This document shows, piece after piece, positions 37,650-50,088 of a stretch of DNA of 64,000 nt. The translations under genes were made by a program, and so were the position numbers. The notes beneath the pieces were generated by a model. It was given only the letters and a program-made list of their open reading frames with translations, was not told the DNA's origin and searched no databases. This stretch comes from Octopus sinensis (lineage: Eukaryota). Within the stretch, counting starts at the first letter, position 1. Every line of letters starts with the position of its first letter. The stretch lies in the NCBI RefSeq assembly GCF_006345805.1, contig NC_043010.1, positions 25,110,001-25,174,000 of the forward strand, in the 5' to 3' direction.

Positions 37650-37840
37650 TTTCAGTGCAATGTCTGTGAAATACGTTCAGGTCAGTGGAGGATTGAAGCA
37701 GCACTTGAACATCCATAGGAGACAGGTGGCAAATGGAGCCAATGCTGAGATGAGACACTATTGTAGTATAGGTGATCAGCCCTTCAAATACCTTTCAGGG
37801 TGCAAAAATCATTTTAGAGCTTACACTAGGAAAGAGAAAC
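37650..37840 (+). pseudogene. Decayed tandem C2H2 zinc-finger fragment
   Basis: FQCNVC / frameshift / SGGLKQHLNIH, then YCSI(G)DQPFKYLSGCKNHFRA(Y)T with ligands lost by single substitutions (tgt>ggt, cac>tac). Confidence 0.6.
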
Positions 37841-40059
37841 TAAAGGTAGAAGTAAAAGTCAAGCTCTGTAAGGAGAAGACAGTCACCATAGTATTGGCAT
37901 ATAGATTTTATCTGAGACTTCATTATCCATTGTATTCCTAATTTAAGATGGTAATGTGCAATTTGAAGGAAATTTGACTGCTACCTCTGGTAGATCAACA
38001 AATGGAAACTTTGTGAATTCTCGGTGTATGCATACGTGTGCACCCATGTTTGTGTGTGTGTGTGTGTGTATGTGTGAGTGAGGTTAATCATTTCTGGCCA
38101 AGAAAGGTAGAGATAACTTAAAACAGATTAAATATAAATTACACTAAATAGTCTTTGGTCGCATGATGAGAAATCCGCACATATTTCGGTTTTATTAGAG
38201 CTCATCGACAAATCTGAGTGCAGTTTTGCAATGTAATTATGTTCTTTATTTCTAATTAGGGTTATCTCTATGTCTATATATCTGTCTACTTAACTATCTG
38301 TCTATATATCTGTCTATCTGTTTTCATTTGTCTTTCCTACGTTGAATATGTTAACACTAACTTAACTAACTACATTACTTATTGCCTTTCAGATATATGC
38401 TCTCAACAATGTAATGAAGAAACTAGAACACACCCACTTTAAGCAGTTCTGCGACTCAGTCGGTATCAAGCATAGAGATAATACTGAAACAAATACAGCC
38501 ACATTTAACGAATCAATTCTTTCACAAAATCTTATTATATGAGAACAATAATTTTTTTCAAAGAAAAGAATACCTTTTTAACATTGACTATTATTTTATC
38601 AGTTGTTTTATTCATATTATTTTTGTTGTTGTCGCATGTTCGATGTACGAAATCATGGGATAATGATAATATCCTCGCAAATCGTTCTACTCAAGATACT
38701 GGTAATACCCCTCGACAATATGCAACTCTCAGCTTTATACTATTCTACACCGCTTTCTGCATATGTCCATTTATATTGTGGCACAGTCCATTAAGAGCCA
38801 ACCAGTAGGGGCGTTCTACTTCCACACAACAATTTTGTTGTTGCTGTTATTTAAATTCAGGGCAGCCTTCATTGCAGAGGCCTAAAGTCTTAAGATTAAT
38901 ATTCCAGTCACAACCGTGCCATCTTTTCATATTTCTAAGACTACATTATTGAATATGTCCTTTCCATTTTTTAAGATGGCAATGTGATGTGAGGAAGATT
39001 TGGCTGCTATTTCTTGTATGTTGAGTAACCTCATAGAGGAGCCATCTTTTCCTTCTGCCATAATTATTATTTCTTTCTCCTCAAGAATTGCTACCAAGCT
39101 AGTGTGTAGGAACCCAATATATTATGTGAAATATAAAAGCAACATGAATAGAAACAACAGGTTGGAGTCAGTGTTTATATGAGATTTGGGAGAAGGATTC
39201 TACTCAACAACAGATTCAAGTTGTGTGGTGAGGTGCTGAAGGAAGAGCAGACTAGAAGGCTATCCAGTTCCAGGACACATGTAAAGGAAGAGGGTGTTTC
39301 AGGAAAGATCTGGCTGACGGCAGGTTTGAATTGAATGGAAGATGAGATTGATAACGAGGTGGGTACGGGGCAGGAGAGGAAAGAAACCTTAAATAGCAAG
39401 GGTGCTCGAAATGAATAGCGACAACAGTGTTGTATGATGTTGAAGAGCAACAACAGCTGGTTTGGGGTTACATTTATCTTGCCAAGAGCTGTTCAATTTA
39501 CTTTCAACTCTTTGTTCCCACCCTGCATCTTTTACACTTGTTTTTCTTTAGCTTTTAACCTCAAGAATTTCTACAGCAACAGATGCTGCGCAGTGTATGA
39601 GATATCATTCAGATCTGCTACGGCTTCAGTATAGATTTTCGTTGACAGCTCGTCTGTCTCTTTCACTACTTTAAAACAAAGTGTAATTGAACACAAAATC
39701 ACATGATTGCATGGTGAACTTTCCAACCATGGTTGCATGCAGGGACAGATAGTAAATTGATGCCAAAGAGAGGAATCACTGTTGTTTAGCCTCTGATTAT
39801 ACACAATGAAGCTGATCTGTGATCAAAGACATTCAAAGTTTAACCATCTTTCTTACGAGTGTCGAGAATAGTTTGAGGGTGATTTGGCTGTTATACTTAT
39901 AGGTGGAGCTATAAAATGCCGGGACATGGATGCAGTGTTGGTAGCGGGCATAATATTTTCGGTGATTACTGCAGCTGTTGATGGGTCCTACACAAGAGAT
40001 GATGGCTGTTTCAGCAGCAACAGAGGATATTTATATCCAATGAATGATAGGGTAGGACA

Positions 40060-40335
40060 GTAGCTCATCAGAGCAGTGGGTCTCTTTCACAACTGTGCCC
40101 CACACATAGTAAACCATGTAATTCAATTGATGGAATCAGGTGGCTAGAAAAGGGGCTGGTGAAATCGTAGAAATTCTCCGACAACCATTTATGACTCTTT
40201 CCAGAGCTGAATCTTGCTGCCACATACATGGCCTTCCAGCAGCAGCTCTCTCTCCAGCCAAGAATTGACCACAGTCTCCAGCAACTTCACATTAAGGCCT
40301 TGTTCAAAGAAGTGGGGTAGCATGATGTCACCCCC
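40060..40335 (-). pseudogene. maT/DD37D-like transposase fragment
   Basis: GDIMLPHFFEQGL...LLETVV..W...GRP..WQQDS...WLSENFYDF...YYVWGTV. Confidence 0.6.
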
Positions 40336-40609
40336 ACTCTCTCTCTCTCTCACACACACACTCACTCATACACAGAAGGTGTTTGGGCAAAATTTGATGC
40401 ATTTTATGTCTTCCTTTTTGAGGAACATCTTGATGTATTGGTGAACAGTCAGTGGTGTTGAAGAGCACAAAGATTAAAATTGTAGTTAAGAAAAAGTTAG
40501 CTGACATGGAGAAAGGAAGCCATGTGAATATTGGTAGAGTTATTTGAGGATGATTTGTTCAGGATTTTCAAAATGCTGATACCATGACTGCTGCTCATTG
40601 CTCTGTGAA

Positions 40610-40740
40610 TAGTGTAAAGATTGTAAAACATGTCCCACATATCATGAAAACCAAGTTCCCTCAAGCTGCAAATGGTCTTTGGGTGTTTCCAGTGACAGTG
40701 ATATCATGGCGTCTTACATCTTTGAACTTGGCCCTAGGTT
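40610..40740 (+). pseudogene. maT/DD37D-like transposase fragment, opposite orientation
   Basis: HVPHIMKTKFPQA-MVFGC..SDSDIMASYIF resembles the maT MKTKHP...MVFG..TSDGDVMPPFIF region. Confidence 0.45.
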
Positions 40741-41541
40741 ACATAGACCACGTCTGATGTTCACCTTCTCAGAATTACTACCACACATATAGAGTCTAAA
40801 TAACAAAGAACATCTCAACCACTCCCAAAACATCTTCCCCAAACCCTAGAAAACAAGTTCAGCCTTCAGATTTTTTTATAACTAACTCACATATATATAA
40901 AATGTATGAATTTTCTTTAAAAGCCCCATTATTCTTGATGAATGCCTCAAAGGGACTAAAGCGCTAGATAAATATTCATAAAAAACTTGACTACCTCCCT
41001 TTTCTTTATATATAGATATAGGTAAGATTCAGTTGAATTAGGTACTTAATTTGAGGCACCTCATTAGGTCGGAATAATATACACACACAACAATATTAAG
41101 TAAGTATCAAACTTGGTAGATAAGTACCGGGCGAATGATATTGTTGCAGTGGATGTAGATAATTAGATCGAGCTTAGTGAATAAATCCGCTCTTAGCTCT
41201 TCAGACGTACTTTATATCAAAAATACTGTCCATAATATTTATGAAGGGCAGATTCTGAGACAGGTGAATAAAATATAAATGAGTAACAAAGGTGTCAATC
41301 CATTATGGTCGTTTTTAATGACTCCTTTAATTGATTAATGAAAACATTACATCATTGTAAAGAAACCGTTTCCGTCAGATGAATTCATGAACTTCAAAAT
41401 AGAGGACAATAAGAATGACTTGACATAGTTTAAAATCCATCCACGGGGCAAAATCATTTACAGTGATTCTGCTACTATTTCATTTTCATTAATCAATTAT
41501 AGGAGTCATTAGAAACAGCCGTAATGGATTGACATCTGTAC

Positions 41542-41592
<51 letters not shown>

Positions 41593-41594
<2 letters not shown>

Positions 41595-41998
41595 TCTTTA
41601 CTCTTTTACTTCTTTCAGTCATTTGACTGCAGCCATGCTGGAGCACCGCATTTAATCGAGCAACTCGACCCCGGGACTTATTCTTTTGTAAGCCCAGTAC
41701 TTATTTTATCGGTCACTTTTGCCGAACCGCTAAGTAACGGGGACATAAACACAACAGCATCGGTTGTCAAGCAATGCTAGGAGGACAAATACAGACACAC
41801 AAACACACACACGCATATGTATATACATATATACGACAGGCTTCTTTCAGTTTCCGTCTACCAAATCCACTCACAAGGCTTTGGTCGGCCTGAGGCTATA
41901 GTAGAAGACACTTGCCCAAGGTGGCACGCAGTGGGACTGAACCCGGAACCATGTGGCTGGTAAACAAGCTACTTACCACACAGCAACTCCTGCGCCTA
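41593..41998 (-). mobile_element. Full-length tRNA-derived SINE
   Basis: tRNA-like head (gctgtgtggtaagtagc...gggttcagtcccactgcg), internal TA/TG microsatellite, 3' tail (aaaagagt)n. Confidence 0.85.
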
Positions 41999-41999
41999 T

Positions 42000-43205
42000 A
42001 TCATCATCATCATCATCGTTTAACGTCCGTTTTCCGCGCTAGCACGGGTTGGACGGTTCAACCGGGGTCTGGGAAGCCAGGGGCCGCTCCAGGCTCCAGT
42101 CTGATCTGGCAGAGTTTCTACGGCTGGATGCCCTTCCTAACGCCAACCACTCCGTGAGTGGAGTGGGTGCTTTTTATGTGCCACCTGCACGGGGGCCGGG
42201 GGGTCCGGCATCGGTCACGATCGGTTCGAGCTTTTAACGTGCCAGCGGCACGGGAGCAACGGGGTCCGGGGTACTTTGGGGATCCGGGGTACTTTGAATG
42301 GGTAGGGGGTATGTGGAATTGCTGCAGAAAGCAGCCCGGGTCTTTGCAGTCACAGCATATCTCCAGAGATCTCGGTCCTTCGCCATTGCCTCAGTGAGGC
42401 CCAATGCTCTGAGGTCATGCTTGACTACCTCATCCCATGTCTTCCTGGGTCTACCTCTCCCCCTGATACCTTCAACTGTTTGGGAGTGGCACTTCTTCAC
42501 ACATCTCTCTTCATCCATCCGCAGCACATGACCATACCATCGCAAGCGTCGCTCTTGCACACCACATCTGATGCTTCTTATATCCAGCATTTCTCTCAGG
42601 ATGCTTACACTCTGTCTTGCGTGCACACTGACACTACACATCCAGCGGATCATGCTAGCTTCATTTCTTTCAAGTCTACGCATGTCCTCTGCAGTCACAG
42701 CCCATGTTTCATTACCGTGAAGCATGGCAGTTCGCACACATGCATCATACAATCTACCTTTCGCTCTGAGGGAGAGACCTTTTGTTGCCAGTAGGGGTAG
42801 GAGCTTTCTGAACTTTACCCAGGCTATTCGTATTCTAGTGGTGATACTCTCTGTGCATCCACCTCCGCTACTAACTTGGTCACCCAGGTAGCGGAAACTA
42901 TCAACTACTTCTAGTTTCTCTCCCTGGAGTGTGATGGAATCTGTTTTCTGAGTGTCTGTTGTGTCTATTGTCCCTGTGCATCTGCCGCACATGAAAGCTA
43001 TCTTATCTGTTAATTTCCCTTTAATGTTGCTGCACCTCTTATGTGTCCATAACTTACATTGGGTGCATCTTATGGAGTTTCTACCTGTACCTTTCCTACA
43101 GATTGAGCAGGGCCACCTACCCGAGGGGGTGTGTGCTGAGTACCTCTTGCTGCTTACTAATACTTTGGTCTTTGCTACATTTATTCTAAGGCCCTTTGAT
43201 TCCAA
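42000..43205 (-). mobile_element. 5'-truncated RTE LINE
   Basis: 323-aa ORF with KTKVL, PHD-like Cys/His finger, FRYLGD, RLRWYGHV, GRPRKTW; 3' UTR and (ATG)n tail. Confidence 0.92.
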
Positions 43206-43470
43206 CCCTTATATATATATATATATAACTAAAAAGTTTGTTATAGGTATGTATAAGATAAAATCTTATATAAAGCACTACTAATAATTAGAAAAATGGA
43301 GAAGAGAAGATGTTAAATGTTCAAATTAGAATTTAATTTCCACATATGACCATTTCAAATGGTAATACAAACATGTAAGAAAAAAACATTATAATAATAA
43401 TAATAATTAAAATAGTTATGTATTACCATTCGTGTCAGTGCAAAAAATTAAAGGAAAGCATAAAAAATGG

Positions 43471-43505
<35 letters not shown>

Positions 43506-43854
43506 GACTCCTTTGGTCATGAGTGAGCATGAGAGTGCACCTAGAAAATTTCCCACCGAGACACAAGTCCAGGTAAGGTTGTTTACGGAAGACTAGCAGT
43601 CGCTCATGCATACCAGCCTCCCCTCTCTACGCCACCGATGTTATCTAGGGGAAAGGCAAAGGCCAATATAGCTTTGCACCATAATAACTAATCAAACACT
43701 TATCTTAAGCAATAGGCAAAATTCAATATGAACAAACAGGATAAAACATTCACACTATCCAAGTGTAATGATAACAGATGTGGAATATGTCAATACATGC
43801 ATACTGGTAGATCCATTAGAACAAAAAAAATGGACCGATTTTCACAAATGCAGA

Positions 43855-44553
43855 TCATCATCATCATCATCATTTAACGTCCGCTTTCCATGCTAGCATG
43901 GGTTGGACGGTTCAACTGGGGTCTGGGAAGCCCGAAGGCTGCACCAGGCCAGTCAGATCTGGCAGTGTTTCTACAGCTGGATGCCCTTCCTAACGCCAAC
44001 CACTCCGTGAGTGTAGTGGGTGCTTTTTATGTGCCACCGACACAGGTGCCAGACGAGGCTGGCGAACGGCCACACTCGGATGGTGCTTTTTACGTGCCAC
44101 CAGCATGGAGGCCAGGCGAGGCTGGCAAAGGCCACGATCGGACGGTGTTTGTTACGTGCCACCAGCACAGAGGCCAGTCGATGCGGTGCTGGCTACGGCC
44201 ACGTTCTCTTATGTGCCGCCGGCACTGGTACCACAACTACAAATTCCATTGATGTTGATCGATTTCGATTTTGATTTGATTTTTTGATTCTCACTTGCCT
44301 CAACAGGTCTTCACAAGTAGAGTTATGTGTCCCAAGAAGGAAGGTATGCACTGGTGGACTGACTACATCCCAGGTAGGGGCCACAGGTTATAGCCTCACT
44401 TGTCCCGTCGGGTCTTCTCACACACAGCATACTTCCAAAGGTCTCGATCTCTGGTCATTTCCTCGGTGAGACCTAAAGACCGAAGGTCGTGCTTCACCAC
44501 CTTGTCCCAGGTTTTCCTCGGTCTACCTCTTCCACAGGTTCCCTCAACCACAG
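43855..44553 (-). mobile_element. 5'-truncated RTE LINE (ORF end plus 3' UTR)
   Basis: GTCGRGRPRKTWDKVVKHDLR coding end, hairpin-repeat UTR, (ATG)n tail. Confidence 0.88.
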
Positions 44554-44556
44554 ATG

Positions 44557-44825
44557 TGAACTGCAAAAGCAGAAATTTGATCTACTGCATTAAATGCCCT
44601 AATTGTGAGGAACTATATATTGGCAAGACGGGGAATGCATTATCGGAATGCTCATGAGTCCACAGACAATAAATCCGGGACACTAATGTTCGCCAAATTC
44701 CATTGAGCAAACATACAACATGTGGTCAGAAAATGTTTCTAATTTTTCTTGTCCACAAACTACATGACACAAATGAGGTTGGAAGAAAGATAAAAGAAAA
44801 ACGGTTTATTAAAATGTTCAGACCT
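44557..44825 (+). pseudogene. Penelope-like GIY-YIG endonuclease fragment
   Basis: NCKSRNLIYCIKCPNCEELYIGKTGNAL..., SKH, RKIKEKRFIKMFRP. Confidence 0.8.
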
Positions 44826-44899
44826 GTTGTGGATGGAAATAAGAGCAATAATGTAACAACTAGTGAATGATGTGGATTGAAAATATAAACAAGTTACAG

Positions 44900-45030
44900 A
44901 ATGTCGGTATGCCATTCCCCCTCCCCAAGTGTTCAGTCATACTGTAGCATCTCCTATCCTTCACTCACCCTCGCATGCTGGGTGTGTCTGGGCAAGTTAT
45001 TGTGACAAACATGCAGATTAAAAGTTATTA
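44900..45030 (+). mobile_element. R4/Dong-like 3' UTR fragment
   Basis: catactgtagcatctcctatccttcactc...gtgacaaacatgcagattaaaagt, homologous to 47500-47612. Confidence 0.7.
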
Positions 45031-45118
45031 TTTTTCCTGTTTTTAAAACCTTGGCCATTTATCCTGGGGTTTATTTTCCTATCTATACTTACCTTGTTTA
45101 TTTTATTATCATTTGTAG

Positions 45119-45295
45119 TTTTGTGGCAGGAGCTCCAGGACACAGCAGTCACATCAACAAGTTCGTCAATTGCTTAGTGACGGTCCTCCAAGATCAGTTC
45201 ATGAATTTTCATGTGTTCGGGAGGTCGATAGTCACCCTGAACGAGGTTTGGTCTTCAAGCGACAAGTGACCATTCCTAAAGAGTGGAAACCCCTT
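45119..45295 (+). CDS. Candidate internal exon (177 bp, phase 0-0), unidentified host protein
   Basis: ttgtttattttattatcatttgtag acceptor, CTT|GTAAGC donor, exactly 59 open codons FCGRSSRTQQSHQQVRQLLSDGPPRSVHEFSCVREVDSHPERGLVFKRQVTIPKEWKPL; other two frames closed; no TE motif. Confidence 0.6.
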
Positions 45296-45967
45296 GTAAG
45301 CTTATATAAATATAAATATAAGTATGCATACATGGGTGTGTGTGTGTGTGTATGCATGTGCATGTACACCTGTGATTGCAATTTGCAACTCATAGAATAA
45401 TAAAGAAAAGTGAAAGAAATGTGTTTCAGCGATGTTTTATCATTTAATATACATTCGGTTTTGCATCCACGTTTAGTAAAATAATCATAGTATAATTATT
45501 AAAATACACAAGGCACTGTTCCACCGATAACATAGTTTGGCTGTTTAAATACCCCTGGTACATTATCACAATCTAAAAAGTAAAATAACGTAAATACAGA
45601 AATGTCATAAAAAATATTTTTTAATTAAAGTTAGAAGGTCCCTAGTTTTCTTTTGTGGGGCAGAAATTCGTTTATTCGACCACAATATTAAACTGGTTCT
45701 TTGTTTTATTGACCCCACCCACCAGATAAAATGTAAGGCTAACATCAACTCCATTATTCAACTGATACTTATTTCATCGACAGCAAGGGCTGACAGGCAA
45801 AGCCAACCTTGGCGGCATTTGAGCTGAGGACGAAAGACCGCTAAACATTTTCCTCGGTGGGGAAATGATACTGCTAGCTTGCTGAGTTAATGCTGTTGCT
45901 GCTGCTGCTACTACTACTACTACTAATAATAATAATAATAACAACAACAACAACCCTTTCTACTATA

Positions 45968-46423
45968 TATAAAAGTTTGGCTACAGCAAATATTCTGCTC
46001 AATACCACAGATTTGTTTGTTAGTTGTTTGACCCTAACCAGTTGAGAATGTCCCTTAGTGACTGACAAAATGTGCATCTCTGATCACGAGCAGAAGTAGT
46101 AGGAGAGCATCATAGCCATGTGTTGAGAGGAATTCTTTGGGATTTGAATAATTCACCTCTGGAAACATGGGTGTTTCGTTCAACATCCCTAAACAACCCT
46201 TATTCAGTGACCTTTTGAGTGAGATGAACTACTTGACGTGAAGAAAATTCTCACTGGGCCCCACCTGCAAGGTCATGTAGTGTTTATCTTGATATGAGAT
46301 CACCATTTTGTGTATATATAGTTGTGATGCATGTGTACTCTTATCAGATGGGTAGGCATGATGGGTATATTGGGCTTTGTATGTTTTGCCCCATGTCACT
46401 TTGATGGCATGCACTGCTCTCTC
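45968..46423 (+). mobile_element. ~550-bp non-coding interspersed element, copy A (5'-truncated)
   Basis: Homologous to 47655-48192 and 49192-49735. Confidence 0.85.
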
Positions 46424-47612
46424 ATTGGACAGGAAGGCAAGAAAACTACTAACATCTTGGAACATGACCATCCAAAGGCAGACGTTGATCATCTGTACCT
46501 ACCTAGAAGTAATTGGGGAAAAAGAAAGATGCTGGTAGAACTGTGCTATAAGATCTGCTTGTATACAAACATGAAAGCAGCAAAATATCACATTCTAATG
46601 TCAAGTAAGCTTGTAAATTTGCAAGGGAACTTGGCATTACCCCTGAATTAGGTGAAGAACCTGTAACTACTGCCACCAAACAGGTAAAATGGATCAAACA
46701 GACTGCAAAAAAGAATGGGTAGAAACAAGCTGAGGAGCAGTGGAAATAGAAGCCTCTGCATGGACAGTATATACTTCGAAGTCGAAATGTTGATGCAGAC
46801 CAAGCAATAACCCATCAGTGGCCGAGAAGTTTAGGACTGAATGCAGAGACTGCTTACAAAAAACTACCAGGCCAATTTTCTTCAAAATGGTTCTGATCAT
46901 AAATGCAGATTCTGCAATACATTTGATGAAACAAGAGACCATCTTGTCTTGGGATGTCCAGTCCTGACACTAAATGAATACAAAAAGTCGCCCCAACAGG
47001 GTAGGACAGTATTTACAATGGAAAATATGTAAACACAACAAAATCAGCTCTCCTGCTTACTGGTATGAACATTATCCTGAGCCAGACGTTGAAGGTAAAA
47101 ATTTCACAATCCTGTAGGATTTTCCAGTCAACACCGGCAGAACAATCCAGACTAATCAACCAGACATAGTCATTAAGAACAGTGAAGAAAATGCTTGTAG
47201 ATTAATAGATGTAAGTGTTCCCACTGATAAAAATATATCTATAAAGGAATTTGACATATTAAGTAAATATAAGAACCTGAAAATTGAAATGCAAAAGATA
47301 TGGCATCTTCAAGCTAGAACTGTTCCTGTTATTATAGGTGCCCTTGGGATATCAGAAAGGGATATCAGAAACATCGAGAATTATGTCTCAGAAAAATCCA
47401 AAAGACTGTGCTGACAAGTACTGCCCATAACATTAGAAAAAACATTATGCGTTTAAAAAAAATGTGCTGTCTTAAATGAAGATATTTCGCTACTGAACCT
47501 GCCATTCCTCTCCCTAAGCTTTCAATCATACTGTAGCATCTCCTATCCTTCACTCGCCCTAGCATGGTGGATGTGTCTTGGCAAGGTATTGTGACAAACA
47601 TGCAGATTAAAA
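46424..47612 (+). pseudogene. R4/Dong-like 3' fragment: RT end, CCHC, RLE, 3' UTR
   Basis: HPKADVDHLYLPR; CRFCNTFDETRDHLVLGC; QPDIV...IDVSVPTD...KY; IIGALG; then (TAA)n. Confidence 0.85.
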
Positions 47613-47654
47613 GTAAATAATAATAATGATGATGATGATGATGATAATAATAAT

Positions 47655-48192
47655 CAAGCACTGGCTCTCATGGTTTCTGATCTTAACTGATTGGAAGTGC
47701 TATCATGTACATTGTTTTGTCTTCGTATAAAAGATGGGCTACAGCAAATATTCTGCTCAACACTACAGATTTGAAGTCAGTTGTTTGACTATAACCAGTT
47801 GAGAATGTCCTTTAGTAGCTGACAAAATGCATATCTCTGATTACCAGTAGAACTAGTGGGGGAGCATCATGGCCATATGTTGAGAGGAATTCTTTAGGGT
47901 TTGAATAATTTACCTCTGGAAACATGGGTGTTTCGTTCAACATCCTTAAACAACCCTTATTCAGGGACCTTTTGAGTGGGATGAGCTACACGACACGAAG
48001 AAAATTCTCACTGGGCCCCACCTGCAAGGTCATGCACTGTTTATCATGATATGAGATCACCATGTCGAGTACATATGGTTGTGATGCATGTACCTGGTGT
48101 ACCCTTTTCAGACAGGTAGTCATGATGAGTATACTGGGTTTCGTATATTTTACCCCAATATCACTTTGATGGCATGCACTGCTCTCTCTCTC
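47655..48192 (+). mobile_element. ~550-bp non-coding element, copy B
   Basis: Homologous to copies A and C; flanked by (TAA)n/(TGA)n. Confidence 0.85.
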
Positions 48193-48409
48193 AATAAAGG
48201 TAATAATAATAATAATAATAATAATAATTTCATTTGCCACAAGAGCTAAGAATGAGGGAGAAATACACAGACGGACATAAAGTGTGGGAGATTACATATA
48301 ATGAAATGAAAAGAAAATTAATATACATGGTATACACTGAAAAAGAAGGGACATACGCATAGAATACAAAGGTTTAAAGAATTAAAAAAAAAAGGTGGTG
48401 GGGTGGATG

Positions 48410-48795
48410 ATAGAAATGTAGCCCTCCTGATTCAGGAGGACCTCTGGGTGAAATCGAAGAACCCCACTGTCCGAGATTTCCCTGAATACCATGAGTAAGT
48501 GTCCTCTCCATCTCCTATTCTATGACTCATAGGTCTACACTGAGAGAGGTACCATCCACCCACCTTTCAGTAAACTCACTCAGGGACAGCACTTCCCTCT
48601 CCACTCTCAATTTCCTTTTCAAGTGAAACATGAAAACGTCGATTAGAGCTCTACCAAAGAGGAATGTATCTGTCCTAATACCTTTCAGCCACGTCCACCA
48701 AACAACCTCTTTTTCCACAGCCACCAGGCAAAAGAAAACTGCCTTGCCTGCTCGATTGAAGGAGGGCAGCGAGGCAATCGTCGCTACAGACACTA
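48410..48795 (-). mobile_element. L1/Tx1-clade 3' fragment
   Basis: KEVVWWTWLKGIRTDTFLFG..LIDVFMFHLKRKLRVERE matches the ORF2 C-terminus at 23.5 and 28.9 kb. Confidence 0.75.
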
Positions 48796-48799
48796 CTGT

Positions 48800-49158
48800 G
48801 ATAATATCAACATAGCATGTCGCGGTAACAACAGGATCAAAGAGAAAGACGAAAAACTGACTTTCTACAACGATTTGAAGTGAGAAATATGAAAGTTGTG
48901 GTAAATGAGGAAAATAGACATGATACCAATAGTAATTGGCCTTCTTGGAAGTATCAGCACTCAGCTCCCAACATTGCTAAAAAAGATTGGTACAAATATA
49001 AAGACAGAACAACTACAAAAATCAGTATAGCTTGGAACTGCAACAATTCTTCGCAGGGTCCTTGAAGCATGACCAGTACACAAGTATCATCTCAGTCAGT
49101 TTGCTGTAGACAGCTGATACTTTCCATCATACTCAACAAAATAAGCTGAGAGTTTTTC
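48800..49158 (+). pseudogene. R4/Dong-like extreme 3' fragment (second subfamily) with (TAA)n tail
   Basis: IINIAC..NRIKEK...DLK.EI.KLW.MRKIDMIPIVIGLLG...QKSV.LGTATILRRVL*. Confidence 0.75.
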
Positions 49159-49191
<33 letters not shown>

Positions 49192-49192
<1 letters not shown>

Positions 49193-49735
49193 GTACCAGG
49201 CAGTGGCTCTCATGGCTTCTGATCTTAACTGATTGGAAGTGTTATCATGTACATTGTTTTGTCTTGGTATAAAAGATGGGCTACAGCAAATATTCTGCTC
49301 AATACCACAGATTTGCTTGTCAGTTGTTTGACCTTAACCAGTTGAGCATGTCCCTTAGTGGCTGACGATATGTGCATCTCTGATCATGAGCAGAAGTAGT
49401 GGGGGAGCATCATAGCCATGTGTTGAGAGGGACTTTTTGGGGTTTGAATAATTCACCTCTGGAAACATGGGTGGTTCTTTCAACATCCTTAAACAACCCT
49501 TATTCAGGGACCTTTTGAGTGGGATGTGCTACTCAACCTGAAGAAAATTCTAACTGGGCCCAACCTGCAAGGTCATGTGCTGTTTATCTTGATATGAGAT
49601 CACCATGTCGCGCACATATGGTTGTGATGCATGTGCCTGGTGTACCCTTATCAGACGGGTAGTCATGATGGGTATATTGGGCTTCGTATATTTTACCTCA
49701 GTGTCACTTTGATGGCATGAACTGCTCTCTCACTC
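49192..49735 (+). mobile_element. ~550-bp non-coding element, copy C (longest)
   Basis: Embedded in (AAT)n on both sides. Confidence 0.88.
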
Positions 49736-49782
49736 AATAATAATAATAATAATAATAATAACAAGAACAACAACAACAACAT

Positions 49783-50088
49783 CAACCTTACAGGAACACA
49801 TAAAATGCTGGCTGAGAAATTTAATGAAATATGAGCAGGGCCAGAGACAATGCCTGAATGGCTCACGGAATGGAATATTATCCTAATTCCCAAATCTACT
49901 GAAACAACAAATTCACAAAATTACAGACCGATAACTTGTCTCCCTACAATTTACAAAGCCTTTACTGCAATAATATCGCAGAGAATGAGCAAGCATCTGG
50001 AAGAAAACAACCTGTTTTCAGAAGAGCAGAAGGGATGCTGTAAGGGCTCACATGGCAGTTAAGATCAGTTGCTGATAAATAAAGCCAT
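49783..50088 (+). pseudogene. R4/Dong-like RT fragment
   Basis: PEWLTEWNIILIPK...NYRPITCLPTIYKAFT...EEQKGC...DQLLINKAI. Confidence 0.8.

Noticed and set aside
38395-38808. Acceptor-preceded 49-codon frame and an 89-aa hydrophobic ORF
   Set aside because: Different frames, no convincing donor or recognisable motif; T-rich DNA gives hydrophobic ORFs by chance
39180-39480. Possible decayed L2/CR1 3' end on the minus strand
   Set aside because: Only a faint WNSLP-like echo; not supportable
41160-41264. Possible 105-bp exon ending cag|gtgaat
   Set aside because: Acceptor lacks a pyrimidine tract; no homology recognised
41900-41998. tRNA-like sequence (also 31543-31610)
   Set aside because: SINE head followed by SINE body; no complete cloverleaf, so not a tRNA gene
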